A program made the translations under genes and the position numbers. Below are positions 33,960-44,796 of a stretch of 64,000 nucleotides of DNA, one piece after another. The DNA is taken from sequence record OR538032.1. The stretch is one strand, 5' to 3'. Each line of letters begins with the position of its first letter. The stretch's first letter is position 1. Below the pieces are notes generated by a model that saw only the letters and a list, made by a program, of their open reading frames with translations, ran no database searches and was not told the origin of the DNA.

Positions 33960-34706
33960 TTAGAATAGACCTGAAATGGCTTCAGCGCCTGTATTGAAAA
34001 AGCTGTTATATGTTTTCTCGAAGTTTTGAGTAATACCCAGTTTATCCGAGATTGTGCTTGATAGATCTTCAGTCATGTATGTTGCGCTTTCGTAAACAAA
34101 CTCGACTTCGAATTCAGCCACTGCGTTGTTATTCTCGTATCCTAACTGAACCCCACCTACTCGAATTGGATACGCATTCTTCAAGCTAGTCATCGTAACC
34201 ATTTCTGCGTTACGATTGTATGTGTAAATCTCAATTGTTCGAGCATAGTTCGAGAAGAAACCGACTTGAGCAGAATCATTCGAATAAATCTGCTTAAACC
34301 AACCAAGTAACATTTTACGTTCTGGGTGTGTTGGTGACAGATACAATGACATGGTCACTGTTTCGTCGGTTTTCGCTTTTACTACGTGATGTGGCTTACG
34401 TCGAGTTTTATCTACGTCAGTTTCGTATGACGACCCTGGGATATTAACTGATTTCACCATCATTCCGATGTTTCGTTCGAACTCAAACCCTGAGCCGAAA
34501 AGAGAAGCAGTTGACGCAAGGGCATCTTGTACCCCTACGCCTTTGATGTCTGAAAAGTCAGCATTCAAAAATGACTCGCCTGTATTCATCAACTGCTTTG
34601 CTGTATCTTGTAGCGATGCAAATCGCACCGCATACAAGTTTTGTCTGGCTAAGTCGTTCTTTGTAATTTGAGATAAGAACTTCTTAACATCTATTCCGAT
34701 TGCCAT
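33960..34706 (-). CDS. 54: gp54 baseplate tail tube initiator
   Basis: DLARQNLYAVRF, MVKSVNIPG, tube-like fold motifs. Confidence 0.75.
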   Translation of the reverse strand: MAIGIDVKKFLSQITKNDLARQNLYAVRFASLQDTAKQLMNTGESFLNADFSDIKGVGVQDALASTASLFGSGFEFERNIGMMVKSVNIPGSSYETDVDKTRRKPHHVVKAKTDETVTMSLYLSPTHPERKMLLGWFKQIYSNDSAQVGFFSNYARTIEIYTYNRNAEMVTMTSLKNAYPIRVGGVQLGYENNNAVAEFEVEFVYESATYMTEDLSSTISDKLGITQNFEKTYNSFFNTGAEAISGLF

Positions 34707-34709
34707 TCG

Positions 34710-35306
34710 TTATCTCCTTCTATAACGATCATCGTAAGCACGAACAGCAGAAATGTTGCGACCATTTTTAGCAACGAATTGTTGCAATGGCATGTGAATA
34801 ACGTTGTACCAGTCATGTGGCTTGACTTCTTCAAGCGACCCTTTAATTCGCTTGAGAATGTATAATTTCACCATATGTTTACTGAACTTGATGTTTTTCA
34901 CTCGACCCCAATCGATCATTAATCGTGTGGAGTTGCTCACTGTTTTCGTGTTAGCATATCTAAGTAATGTGGTTAAAAATTTCTCGCGATCTTTGGGTGG
35001 GATGTAATGCAAGTTCAAGCCTAGCATATAGCCTTTTTGTTGCCCCAAGCAGATGATGCACGGAAATTTATCCCAGTATGGTAACTGGTGTTTAGTTTTT
35101 GCGTCGTACGCGAAAACATACATGTTGCCTTTGTGAGGAACTTGCACTTTTCGACTACGAATTGCATCATGAACGCGCTTTTTGAACCACGCCAGTGATT
35201 TGCGCTGATTCTTTGCAATTGGAGTACGACCAAGCTCGTGTGTTTGAGCTTTGAAGCTGTCAAGAAGACTCTCTTTTTTCTTCTTTGCTCTTTCTGGTCT
35301 AGCCAT
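34710..35306 (-). CDS. 2: gp2 DNA end protector
   Basis: MYVFAYDAK, LPYWDKFP, LGLNLHYIPP. Confidence 0.9.
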   Translation of the reverse strand: MARPERAKKKKESLLDSFKAQTHELGRTPIAKNQRKSLAWFKKRVHDAIRSRKVQVPHKGNMYVFAYDAKTKHQLPYWDKFPCIICLGQQKGYMLGLNLHYIPPKDREKFLTTLLRYANTKTVSNSTRLMIDWGRVKNIKFSKHMVKLYILKRIKGSLEEVKPHDWYNVIHMPLQQFVAKNGRNISAVRAYDDRYRRR

Positions 35307-35761
35307 TACACTCTCAGTCCTATTAGTTTACGAAGTCCGACTTCAGTCAAGACTTTGAATTGCCATCCCTTCTGCTTTGCGAATTTAATCGCAGCAGCCC
35401 ACTTATCTTGGTTTACTTGATACGTATATATCTCTTTCAGTAAACGCTTCTTAGCTTTTTCAGTAAGTCTCTGTGGTTTCTCGGGTGGCAACGTTTCTTT
35501 GTTGGGTTTGATCTCGAATATGAATTCTCGACCGTCACTGAACTTCACGTAAAAGTCCATGAAATATCTACGTTTTTTCCCACCGTCAGCAGAACTAACA
35601 TAAGGGATAACGATTTCTTCAGAGTTCCAGCGAACTACATGCGGGTTGTTGTCACACCAGCGCATGAAAGACAATTCCCATGAGCTTCTGTACTCAATTT
35701 TCTGATAGTTGCCTTTGTATTTCGATTTGTTTGTTGGAACGTATTTGCCAGAATATGCCAT
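35306..35761 (-). CDS. 4: gp4 head completion protein
   Basis: MAYSGKY.P.NKSKYKG, YRSSWE, RYFMDF. Confidence 0.9.
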   Translation of the reverse strand: MAYSGKYVPTNKSKYKGNYQKIEYRSSWELSFMRWCDNNPHVVRWNSEEIVIPYVSSADGGKKRRYFMDFYVKFSDGREFIFEIKPNKETLPPEKPQRLTEKAKKRLLKEIYTYQVNQDKWAAAIKFAKQKGWQFKVLTEVGLRKLIGLRV

Positions 35762-35779
35762 AAAACGCCTCCTTTCATT

Positions 35780-35801
35780 TATTTAGTATCGAGTCTAAAT
35801 A
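35780..35801. promoter_or_regulatory. divergent late promoter variants (genes 4 and 48)
   Basis: CTAAATA on both strands. Confidence 0.6.
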
Positions 35802-35827
35802 CAGATATATTTTAAAGGAGATCTAAC

Positions 35828-36967
35828 ATGGGATTTTTAAGTTACGTCGGTCTTAACGGAAAACAAAGTGATACTCTTGATCGTGTACTGTCTTTTGATG
35901 GGGGCGTTGAAAGTAGCACAACTGAGATTACCCAAGACACAGATCAGGGCAGAGTTAGCACGTCTAATATAGTTGCACTGACATATCCGCCCAATCTTGG
36001 CGCGAGATCTGGACACTCGAACTTTTTTATTTTTCGAGCGTATGACTTGGCTAGCACAACAAAGCAACATTACACTGACATGCGGCAGTCATTCACAGCA
36101 TCATCGAAAGAATCTAAGCAGGCGTCTGAAATTCCTAGTGAGTTGATGGCAACTATGGCTCTTTACGCGCCAAACTTAGTTGAAGAAGTTTCGCATGAAT
36201 ATGACAAAACACCGACTTCAGTTTTAAATGACTTCTTAGCCGCAGCCGCTACAGCAGCCGGTGCAGATACTGTTTCTCAGGGTGTGGAAGCGGGTAAGAA
36301 AGCCGTAGCAACCGCAGCCGGTGCTACGTTAGCACAGATCAAGCGTTCATTCATTCAATCAAATGCTGCCGGTCAGCTTGAGAAGAACAGCAGCGTAGTT
36401 ACGGATAACGTTACTGTAACTGCATACAAAGGGACCGCTCAACGTCAGCAAACATTGATGTATCAATTTCACCCGAAATCACTAGATGAACTGAAGATCG
36501 TCGGTGAGGTCATTAAAACATTCTATCGACTTTCTCTACCAGTGAAAGGTCAGATTAGTTCTGATTTGCTAGATACTGGTAATGCTGCATTAGGTTCAGG
36601 GTTTTCAAATGGCTTTGCGAAGTATGCAACGCTATTGAAAACGCCGCCAGTGTGGATGATTGAAGAAGTTTCAGATGTTGACGCGACACGATACACCCCG
36701 CGATTCGTTTTCGGACCTGCGGGTATCACGTCAGTGAAATTAAACAGAACACCAGATCAGTATTGGCGCACATTTCGCGGTACAGCAGGCGACCCAGCAG
36801 GTATTGAACTTGAAGTAACGTTCACTGAGCTTATCCCTATGGATCGTGCAATGTACGAGCGAGATCAAGCAAGTAGCATTCGTGGTTACGACAATGGTAC
36901 CACTACTGCAAGTGGTAACCGTAATGATTCTGGTTCATTCTTTGGTGATATTGGGAGTTTATTCTAA
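35828..36967 (+). CDS. 48: gp48 baseplate tail tube cap
   Basis: LTYPPNL, YQFHPKS..E, ELEVTFTEL; synteny. Confidence 0.75.
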   Translation: MGFLSYVGLNGKQSDTLDRVLSFDGGVESSTTEITQDTDQGRVSTSNIVALTYPPNLGARSGHSNFFIFRAYDLASTTKQHYTDMRQSFTASSKESKQASEIPSELMATMALYAPNLVEEVSHEYDKTPTSVLNDFLAAAATAAGADTVSQGVEAGKKAVATAAGATLAQIKRSFIQSNAAGQLEKNSSVVTDNVTVTAYKGTAQRQQTLMYQFHPKSLDELKIVGEVIKTFYRLSLPVKGQISSDLLDTGNAALGSGFSNGFAKYATLLKTPPVWMIEEVSDVDATRYTPRFVFGPAGITSVKLNRTPDQYWRTFRGTAGDPAGIELEVTFTELIPMDRAMYERDQASSIRGYDNGTTTASGNRNDSGSFFGDIGSLF

Positions 36968-37545
36968 TGATTTTCGCGATATTTGACAAGACTGAATATC
37001 TTGGTGTTGAAACTGCGAATATTTTCAAGAATTTGAATTATTATCATAAGCAGATCATCCCATCATTCACGACTATTCAGTACAAAATCAGGGGCGACTA
37101 TCGCCCTGAACAGATTGCATATGAACTGTATGGCGATACGTCGTTATACTGGTTGATTATGCTTCTAAACGAACGAGTTGACCCTTTTTATGATTGGGTT
37201 CAGCCCAACGAATCGGTTTCTGAGAACGCTATTTATCGTTATCAGTTTATTGGCGGCAACGAGCAAGTTCATCATCACGTAGATGAGCAAGGTCGATGGT
37301 GGTATGACGTGGTCGAAGACCCAGAAAATCCTCGAAATTGGTACAATAAATTCGATTGGGAAAACAACGCGCCTGAAGAAGGGCAGGAAGATTATCGTGA
37401 GCTTCTATATCACGGCGTGATGATCCCTGTTTCCGTTGACGAATATGAATTCAACCGAAACGAAGAAAATCGCGTAATCAATGTACTATCGAGGGATGAT
37501 GTTAGTACTTACATTAGCACATTCATGAAATTAGCAGGGGTATAA
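36967..37545 (+). CDS. 53: gp53 baseplate wedge subunit
   Basis: RPEQIAYELYGDTSLYWLIMLLN LysM-like motif. Confidence 0.9.
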   Translation: MIFAIFDKTEYLGVETANIFKNLNYYHKQIIPSFTTIQYKIRGDYRPEQIAYELYGDTSLYWLIMLLNERVDPFYDWVQPNESVSENAIYRYQFIGGNEQVHHHVDEQGRWWYDVVEDPENPRNWYNKFDWENNAPEEGQEDYRELLYHGVMIPVSVDEYEFNRNEENRVINVLSRDDVSTYISTFMKLAGV

Positions 37546-37546
37546 C

Positions 37547-38818
37547 ATGTTTGAAATGCGCTCCGCTAACCCAATTGAGAACTTTGTGGTTAGCAAGATT
37601 CACATACGCGGTCTTGATTTTGCAGCGTCGGTGGAGAATGAAATCACACACATGGAAATTTATGAATCGCTTAACGGGTTGGTTTCTGGCATGTTCATGT
37701 TCAAGGATTCGATTGGCGTCGTTGACACAATTCGAATGACTGGGTTTGAAGCAATTGACGTTGAATTTGCGTCGTATGTCGGGGAGCAAGCAAACCGAGT
37801 CTATCAAAAATCATTTCGTGCAACGGGTATTTCTAGAATGCCCGCACGTACTGGTGGGTTTGAGACTGTATTGGTGCGTTTCACAAATAACTTACTGACT
37901 CTTAACGATTACGTTAAACGACCTTATGTATTCAAGAAGACTAGTATTTCGAATATCATAAAAGCGATTTTGGATAATCTGGGCGATGAGAAGCCAGAAT
38001 ATGAAATTGAAACGTCTTTATATCAACGTGATTTTGTGACGAAGATTGGTAAACCGTACGACATTATTAAAAGTATCGTCGATCATGCTAGTACAGACGT
38101 GAATAACAGTTGTAAATTCATGTTCTATGAAGACCGCGACTCAGTTAAATTCGCATCACTTGGGTCAATTCGTGACAAAGAATATGAATACATCATCCGT
38201 AAGGGTGCTGATACGGGCGATGGTAAATGGACTTCTGGCAACACGAATACAATTACAGCATTGCGGGTTGTGGTGAAGGAACAATCTAATATGCACGAGA
38301 TTTCTAGTGGTTTATTCGGATCTAGAACATATTCGCATAGTTTAATTCGGAAGAAATTGACTACAAAAGATGTTCGTAGAAATGATTATATTGCTCAAGT
38401 TGGAATTTTGAATGACCGCGCTCATATGTACACTAATGAACTTGAGTTTGCAAGCGAAGTTCCTGAAACTGAGCAGCCATTAAACAGCATTCAGCTACTC
38501 CCGAACGATGGTTTTTACGAACATGACAACAAACACCCACTGGGGTCTATTCACGGCGTATCTCTTATGGAGGAGACGTATTTGAAAGCTAAACAGATCA
38601 TCGTTGAAATACCCGGGAACACTAACATCACGGTTGGTGACGTTGTATTTCTTGATTATCACGCGGTGACTGGTGAGAATCATTCTAGTTTAGACGCATC
38701 GGGTCGTTGGATTGTTCATGAGTTGAAGCACCGTGTTGAACCCAACTCATTTATAACTACTCTTGAATTGTCTAGTGATTCATCGGTTAATATCGCAATT
38801 GCGGGGAGCAAGAAATAA
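37547..38818 (+). CDS. baseplate hub subunit (gp27-like)
   Basis: 423 aa between 53 and 5; IPGNTNITVGD motif. Confidence 0.6.
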   Translation: MFEMRSANPIENFVVSKIHIRGLDFAASVENEITHMEIYESLNGLVSGMFMFKDSIGVVDTIRMTGFEAIDVEFASYVGEQANRVYQKSFRATGISRMPARTGGFETVLVRFTNNLLTLNDYVKRPYVFKKTSISNIIKAILDNLGDEKPEYEIETSLYQRDFVTKIGKPYDIIKSIVDHASTDVNNSCKFMFYEDRDSVKFASLGSIRDKEYEYIIRKGADTGDGKWTSGNTNTITALRVVVKEQSNMHEISSGLFGSRTYSHSLIRKKLTTKDVRRNDYIAQVGILNDRAHMYTNELEFASEVPETEQPLNSIQLLPNDGFYEHDNKHPLGSIHGVSLMEETYLKAKQIIVEIPGNTNITVGDVVFLDYHAVTGENHSSLDASGRWIVHELKHRVEPNSFITTLELSSDSSVNIAIAGSKK

Positions 38819-40083
38819 TGTTTATGGGATTAGATGGGTTTGAGTGGTGGACTGGCGTTGTCGAAGATCGAACAACCGACCCACTCAAACTTGGTAGAAT
38901 TAAAGTTCGAATGATTGGTCTGCACCCAGATAAGAAAAGTTCAGAACAAGGTATTCGAACTGAAGAACTGCTTTGGGTTCATCCCATGCAGTCTCTTGAT
39001 AATGCAGCAATGAACGGAATCGGGAATGCTCCTATAGGCGTCGTTGAGGGAACGTGGGTTTTTGGTTTCTTCAGAGACAAGTTGCGTCAAGATGCAGTCG
39101 CCATGGGTGTATTGCCCGGGATTCCCGAAGATTTGCCGAACGGTAGCGTTGGGTTTAATGACCCGAATGAGAAATATCCGTTAGCAGATAAGCTTAATGA
39201 GCCAGATACAAACCGTCTAGCTCGTAATGACGTTGATCCTGACGTATATGACGAAAGTCAATCTCAGACTGCGTTTGATAACGGTGAAGCGCCTTATGTA
39301 TATCGACCGCACCCGATCATTGCAAGTAAAAGAGCGGCTGAAGAGAAAGAAATCCCACTTGCTGGTTACAATGCAGAGGGTCCGAAGTACGATGAGAAAG
39401 GCACGCCGTATGCAGCACAGTATCCGTACAATCATGTTCGTGAATCAGAATCAGGACACATTCATGAGATTGATGACACAGAGGGAGCAGAGCGTCTTCA
39501 TACGTATCACAGAACTGGAACGTTTGAAGAAATTCACCCAGATGGTAGTCGAGTGACAAAGATTATAGGCGATGATTTTGAGATTGTACATAAGAATCAA
39601 AATGTGTACATCAAAGGCAACTTGAATATCACCGTTGTTGGCGACGCGACTTTTTACTGTCAGCAAAACGTTACTCAACAGATTGACGGGGACTTGAAAC
39701 AGCACGTCAAGGGTAATGTTGATCAGCACGTCGAAATGAACGTGACTCAAACAGTTGACAAAGACGTTACGCAAGTCGTTCATCAGAACGTTACACAAAC
39801 CGTCGATATGAATGTCACTCAGACAGTGCATCAGAACGTTACACAGACGGTTGACGGGGATGTTAATCAAACTGTGGGCGGTAACGTTCAAAGTAACGTC
39901 ACGGGCGATTACACGCAGAATATCAGCGGTAATTACACAATCACAGTGGGCGGTTCTATGTCTGAAAGTGTTAGTTCATCGTATACTCGTTCAGCAGCAT
40001 CAATAAGTGATGATGGTGGTGGCGCAACTTTGAATTTAGCAGGTTCAGCAGCATTGGACGGCACAACAGTAAGTCTAGGTTAA
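38818..40083 (+). CDS. 5: gp5 baseplate spike without lysozyme domain
   Basis: WWTGVVEDR.DP..LGR OB fold, YPYNHV.ESESGH, 8-aa VxxxVTQT beta-helix repeats. Confidence 0.9.
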   Translation: MFMGLDGFEWWTGVVEDRTTDPLKLGRIKVRMIGLHPDKKSSEQGIRTEELLWVHPMQSLDNAAMNGIGNAPIGVVEGTWVFGFFRDKLRQDAVAMGVLPGIPEDLPNGSVGFNDPNEKYPLADKLNEPDTNRLARNDVDPDVYDESQSQTAFDNGEAPYVYRPHPIIASKRAAEEKEIPLAGYNAEGPKYDEKGTPYAAQYPYNHVRESESGHIHEIDDTEGAERLHTYHRTGTFEEIHPDGSRVTKIIGDDFEIVHKNQNVYIKGNLNITVVGDATFYCQQNVTQQIDGDLKQHVKGNVDQHVEMNVTQTVDKDVTQVVHQNVTQTVDMNVTQTVHQNVTQTVDGDVNQTVGGNVQSNVTGDYTQNISGNYTITVGGSMSESVSSSYTRSAASISDDGGGATLNLAGSAALDGTTVSLG

Positions 40084-40087
40084 TTGA

Positions 40088-40573
40088 ATGGCTAGTATTA
40101 CACCAACAACATTGCCAATCATTGCAGAGGGTGAGAACGTCGATGTGACGTTCTTCGCTGTTATGGATGAAGGCGAAACATTGGTTGACATAAACATCAC
40201 GAATTTTATACCAAATACGGGCATCACGATTGAGGGTGCTCGTTATTACGGTCAGTATCAGGATTCGTTTGATTTGGGACCAAGTGGCTTGAAGTATCGC
40301 GACACGCGAGACAATAGCTATCATGAAGTGAGTAAATTCAGTGATTTGCCAGCGAATCCGGCTCATGGTCACGTGTATCGCTTCGAAGCGCCTAGTCCGC
40401 TGTCAACTGATTACACATACGAAGTCACAGTCAATTACGAGTATGAAGATCCACTTGTGCCTGGTGTTATCGAAGAGCGTCAGCTAATCGAAACGTTCAG
40501 TCAGACCGTAAAGGGTAAATGGGATAATTGGGCACAGCAACTTAGAGATTATATAGCAGCGGGAGGTAATTAA
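40088..40573 (+). CDS. gp5.1-like protein
   Basis: position between 5 and PAAR gene. Confidence 0.6.
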   Translation: MASITPTTLPIIAEGENVDVTFFAVMDEGETLVDINITNFIPNTGITIEGARYYGQYQDSFDLGPSGLKYRDTRDNSYHEVSKFSDLPANPAHGHVYRFEAPSPLSTDYTYEVTVNYEYEDPLVPGVIEERQLIETFSQTVKGKWDNWAQQLRDYIAAGGN

Positions 40574-40869
40574 TGCCAGCTTTAGCAGGGGCAGACGAAC
40601 CGACTACTGGTCACGGAACATATCCACCGACAGTAGTAACAGGGGGTAGCGGGAGAGTTACAGTACAAGGCAAACCTGCGTTATCAAAAGATAACATGGT
40701 TCATGTTACGCATTGTAACACAGTTCCGAATCATGATTGTCACGCCGGTAGTGCAGCAACGTTTAGTCCGAAAGTGTTTATTGAGGGGAGTAATGCAATC
40801 CGTATCGGCGACACATTGACGTGCGGCGATACGGTAGCAGGTGGTGCGGGGAAGGTTACTAGTTCGTAG
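40573..40869 (+). CDS. 5.4: PAAR spike-tip protein gp5.4
   Basis: TTGHGTYPP, HTHC..., KVFIEG, RIGD.L.CG. Confidence 0.85.
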   Translation: MPALAGADEPTTGHGTYPPTVVTGGSGRVTVQGKPALSKDNMVHVTHCNTVPNHDCHAGSAATFSPKVFIEGSNAIRIGDTLTCGDTVAGGAGKVTSS

Positions 40870-41218
40870 CGTTGTGCGATTTGATTCGCTCTTCACTATT
40901 CAGAGTCGTAACGTCAACTTCTTCAGCTTTGAATGAATTATCGACCATTTTTGGTGCTTCGACAGTCGTCATTGGATCGACTTTGTATTTTGCAGTGTCG
41001 TTTACGACTTCGGTCGCTGTAGGGCGTGTGATTGGTGATGTGAACACTTTAAACGCACCAGCAGCAAGTGTCAGAACTAGAGCTACTGCAATGATTTTGC
41101 CGTAAGGTAGTTTCAAATCAAACTTGAAGATCTTTGACAAGATGAACGCAACAAGCAAGATTAGCAGTAATGAAACGAATACGCCAACGACTGGTGCGAG
41201 AACTAATAAAAATTCCAT
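40859..41218 (-). CDS. two-TM membrane protein
   Basis: hydrophobic N-terminal half. Confidence 0.7.
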   Translation of the reverse strand: MEFLLVLAPVVGVFVSLLLILLVAFILSKIFKFDLKLPYGKIIAVALVLTLAAGAFKVFTSPITRPTATEVVNDTAKYKVDPMTTVEAPKMVDNSFKAEEVDVTTLNSEERIKSHNATN

Positions 41219-41272
41219 TGTATTTTCCTATTTCGTGTGAAACAAAGGGGCGACATAGCCGCCCCGTTTTGA

Positions 41273-42148
41273 TTATTTAATCGGAGTTTGCACTGCGATT
41301 TTGTCAAGCATTTCGGTAGGTACGAATACCTTGTTGTTTGATTTCGCAAGCTCACGTAGAGTTTTTTGCTCTTCTAGGAAGCGTACGTTGTTGTTCATCA
41401 GCTTGTCAGCAACCAGTTTCTTGGTTTCTGCTTCGTACAGTTCGATTTCGCGTTGACGTTTTGAAACTTCTTCACGAGTCGCAATCTGTAGCAGGTCAAG
41501 TTTACGTTGTGCTTTTACAGTATCTTCTTGCTGACGACGTTCAGCCGATGCTTCTTGCGCAGCAGTAATCGTTTTAGGGTAAACTACGTCAGTAACACCC
41601 ACGACTTTAAGAACGAATGGCGTATCTTTCAGTTCTTGATTAAGACGCTGTTTCACGAACTGGTTAAGCTTTTCACGGTTAGATGCGACTTCCGAAATGC
41701 TGTATTCAGCAATGATTGACGGAATAATCGTGTTCAGTTTAGCTCGTGCATAACGAACGAACACATCTTGCTGTGAAATCACACCTAATTGATCAGTCTG
41801 CGATTTGAACGGCACCTTCGCAAAAACGAAGTTGTATTTCGCAGGATCGACCGCCATGGTCATTTCAACGTCGTACTTCAGCATTAGTTCGTCTTTCGGC
41901 ATGAAAGTGTCAAACTTCATTTCGTAGAAGCTGTCAGATACATCAAGCAGTACTAGACGATCTGGGTAGCGCCATGCCCAATCAAGACGGAACTTAGATG
42001 GTTGACGTGGCTCTTGAGTCAAATCGAAGCCGTCTTTAGTCTGAATCTTACCAACGAAGCCGGTTGGGATTTCAGCAGGAGTACCACAGCCAGTTAGTGC
42101 GAAGCCCAGTGCTGCTACTGAAAGAAGTTTAGCGATATTTTTAAACAT
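41273..42148 (-). CDS. SPFH/band-7 family lipoprotein
   Basis: lipobox LTGC, IPTGFVG, coiled-coil tail; TTGACA-N17 promoters upstream. Confidence 0.75.
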   Translation of the reverse strand: MFKNIAKLLSVAALGFALTGCGTPAEIPTGFVGKIQTKDGFDLTQEPRQPSKFRLDWAWRYPDRLVLLDVSDSFYEMKFDTFMPKDELMLKYDVEMTMAVDPAKYNFVFAKVPFKSQTDQLGVISQQDVFVRYARAKLNTIIPSIIAEYSISEVASNREKLNQFVKQRLNQELKDTPFVLKVVGVTDVVYPKTITAAQEASAERRQQEDTVKAQRKLDLLQIATREEVSKRQREIELYEAETKKLVADKLMNNNVRFLEEQKTLRELAKSNNKVFVPTEMLDKIAVQTPIK

Positions 42149-42302
42149 GTTTTGCTCTCTTAGTTAAGTTGACGATGTGAATGATACGTTGTGTAGTTCA
42201 GCATGTCAAGTTGTTTTTCACAAATTTCTCATTTTGTTTGTGCGCTTCGTTGCGCTGAGGAGTACATAGTAGGCAAAACAAATACCCCTGTCAACACTTT
42301 TC

Positions 42303-42310
42303 TATAAATA
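42303..42310 (+). promoter_or_regulatory. T4 late promoter
   Basis: TATAAATA. Confidence 0.8.
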
Positions 42311-42333
42311 AATTTAAAATTCGGAGAAAATCT

Positions 42334-42753
42334 ATGGCAATTGCAGAGTTGAACACTCTAAAGCCAGGGAGTTACTACTTCAGTGACATCCCAGCAAATT
42401 TCGGCAAGAGTGTTGTAAACAATGACTTGAGCGCATCATATGACTTGAAAGCAATACAAGAATCAATCATCGGAATCGTGAGTACAAAGAAAGGCGAGCG
42501 ACCTTTCAATCCCGAATTCGGATGTGACATCAGCAATCAGCTATTTGAAAATATTTCGCCTGCAAGTGCGTTTGCAATCAAATACAGTATTGAGAACGCG
42601 ATTTCTAAATGGGAACCGCGTGTGGTGATTCAAAAGATTGAAGTTCTACCGCTTTATGACAAGAACACATACGAAATTGTGGTTCAGTATCATCTACGCA
42701 CCAACTTTGATCGACTGTTTGCGCTTAAAACAAGACTTGTGAATCGTCTTTAA
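42334..42753 (+). CDS. 25: gp25 baseplate wedge subunit
   Basis: KGERPFNPEFGC, WEPRV. Confidence 0.9.
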   Translation: MAIAELNTLKPGSYYFSDIPANFGKSVVNNDLSASYDLKAIQESIIGIVSTKKGERPFNPEFGCDISNQLFENISPASAFAIKYSIENAISKWEPRVVIQKIEVLPLYDKNTYEIVVQYHLRTNFDRLFALKTRLVNRL

Positions 42754-42837
42754 TGAACAGCCCGCCATTGTGCGGGCTTTTTTGTGCATTAAATATAAGA
42801 AACGAAATTTACATAATTTTACCAACAGGGGAATAAC

Positions 42838-44796
42838 ATGACAACTAACTCGAATTTGCCTGTTAGTTCTGGCTCGTTTGAGACAATCAAACAAGACCTT
42901 ATTCAATATCTGAAAGGTCAAGACGAGTTCAAGGATTACGACTTTAAAGGTAGTCGCCTGAACGTACTAACAGATTTGCTTGCATACAACACAATGTATC
43001 TTCAGCACTACTCGAATGCAGCACTATTCGAGGGATTTATTCGCACTGCACAGAAACACAGCAGTGTGGTTCAGCACGCTCAAGATATGGGTTATGCTCC
43101 AAGCTCTTTGTCGGCAGCAACACATACTATCGGTATCAAAGCGTATCACGCTGAAAACCCAGTTGAGATCACATTAGGTACAGGTACTCGATTCAGCGCA
43201 GATGTTGATGGTGTTGATTACTACAGCTACATCGTATGGGAACCTCATATTCTAATCGGTGCGAAACAAGACCCGCTTGATCCTGCGAGTCCCTTAGTGT
43301 ATCAAGACCAGATTGATTTGGTTCAAGGAACACTAGGTCGCTATGAAACGATTTTCAGTGAAAGTGAGTCGATTACGATCAAAGACCCGGATTTAGACAG
43401 AAATTATGTTCGTGTGTTCGTAGATAATGCAGAATGGACTAACTGGACTGACAAATCAATCGTGAACGTAACTGGTGGCTCGAATGTATTCTATCTTCGC
43501 GAAACAGTAGACGGGTACACTGAGGTTTACTTCGGCGAGGGTGTTCTGACTGATTTTACCGAGAACGCAGGTGCATACAATCCCGGTTATATCGGTGGTT
43601 TGCGACCAATTGAAGGTCAGCGCATTCGTGTTCAATACGTGAAAACATCGGGACCGCTTGCGAACGGTTCACAACGTTTCACATGGGCAGATGACATCCC
43701 GAATTTCCAATTGGATGACAAGAACATCGACGACAATCCGAATAACGATGAGAACTTCGTGGGATCTATCGGCGGTGGCTATGCTGAAGGCACAGAACGT
43801 ATTAGAGAACTCGCACCGATTTTCCGCGAGTCGCAACGTCGATGCGTGACTAAACTTGACTATGAAACGTTCGTTTCTCAGAAGTTCGGTAATATCGTTC
43901 AGGCTGTTCAAGCGTTCGGTAGCTCAGACAAGCCGGGATATGTGTTCATTTCGATTAAACCGAAAAGCGGATTGACTCTGCCTCAAGTTGCTCGTAATGA
44001 CATCGAAGAATATCTGAAAGAATTTAATATTGTAACAGTAACACCTAAAGTTGTTGACCCAGATTACTTGTACATCAAGCACAATCTGAGAATCAACTAC
44101 CGTACCGGTTCATTGGCTGAGGGTGCTGACTATCTGAAAGCTCAGATCATCAATGCGATTTCAGATTACTACTACAATGAAGTGGAGATTTTCAACGCAT
44201 CGTTTCACGTGTCAAAGATGTTGAGCTACGTAGATGACGCGCACCCGTCTATTCTAGGTTCACGCTGTGACATCAGCTTGATTCGCGAATTGACCAACTT
44301 TGCACAAACTCCTATGAGTGGCTACAGTTTCTTGAACCCAATTACACCAGCAACTGTGAAGTCCGAAGACATCACGTTTACCCCGGGTAATTACAAAGTT
44401 CAAATGAGAACAACTGAAGCTCGTACTGCGCCGACACAAGAAGATATTGGTACAATTCTATTGGGTCCATTTGCAGCAGGTGACATCACAGCGCCAGTTG
44501 ACCCAGAGACTGGCTTGCCAACTGGCGCATACACAGACAACGACTTTGATCGCGAAGTAATTGGCGGTCGCAGTCTATATTACCGTGTAGGTACAATTAA
44601 CTACGCATCAGGCATGATGGACTATGACTTCATCAACTTGGGTATCAACTCATCAGATTGGGATGTTACTGGCAACCTGATCGTGTCAGCAACGCCAACA
44701 CGTGTGAATATATACACAGATGACGGTAGCTTGATTGTATATGAGAACGAGCTGCGTCCTCAATACACAGACATCGTCCTAGAGGGTATTTCTTAA
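42838..44796 (+). CDS. 6: gp6 baseplate wedge subunit
   Basis: FKDYDFKGS.LNVL.D.LAYNT, RCVTKLDYE. Confidence 0.9.
   Translation: MTTNSNLPVSSGSFETIKQDLIQYLKGQDEFKDYDFKGSRLNVLTDLLAYNTMYLQHYSNAALFEGFIRTAQKHSSVVQHAQDMGYAPSSLSAATHTIGIKAYHAENPVEITLGTGTRFSADVDGVDYYSYIVWEPHILIGAKQDPLDPASPLVYQDQIDLVQGTLGRYETIFSESESITIKDPDLDRNYVRVFVDNAEWTNWTDKSIVNVTGGSNVFYLRETVDGYTEVYFGEGVLTDFTENAGAYNPGYIGGLRPIEGQRIRVQYVKTSGPLANGSQRFTWADDIPNFQLDDKNIDDNPNNDENFVGSIGGGYAEGTERIRELAPIFRESQRRCVTKLDYETFVSQKFGNIVQAVQAFGSSDKPGYVFISIKPKSGLTLPQVARNDIEEYLKEFNIVTVTPKVVDPDYLYIKHNLRINYRTGSLAEGADYLKAQIINAISDYYYNEVEIFNASFHVSKMLSYVDDAHPSILGSRCDISLIRELTNFAQTPMSGYSFLNPITPATVKSEDITFTPGNYKVQMRTTEARTAPTQEDIGTILLGPFAAGDITAPVDPETGLPTGAYTDNDFDREVIGGRSLYYRVGTINYASGMMDYDFINLGINSSDWDVTGNLIVSATPTRVNIYTDDGSLIVYENELRPQYTDIVLEGIS

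Noticed and set aside
38818-40083. gp5 lacking lysozyme as a novelty
   Set aside because: Real, but already known for KVP40-type phages.
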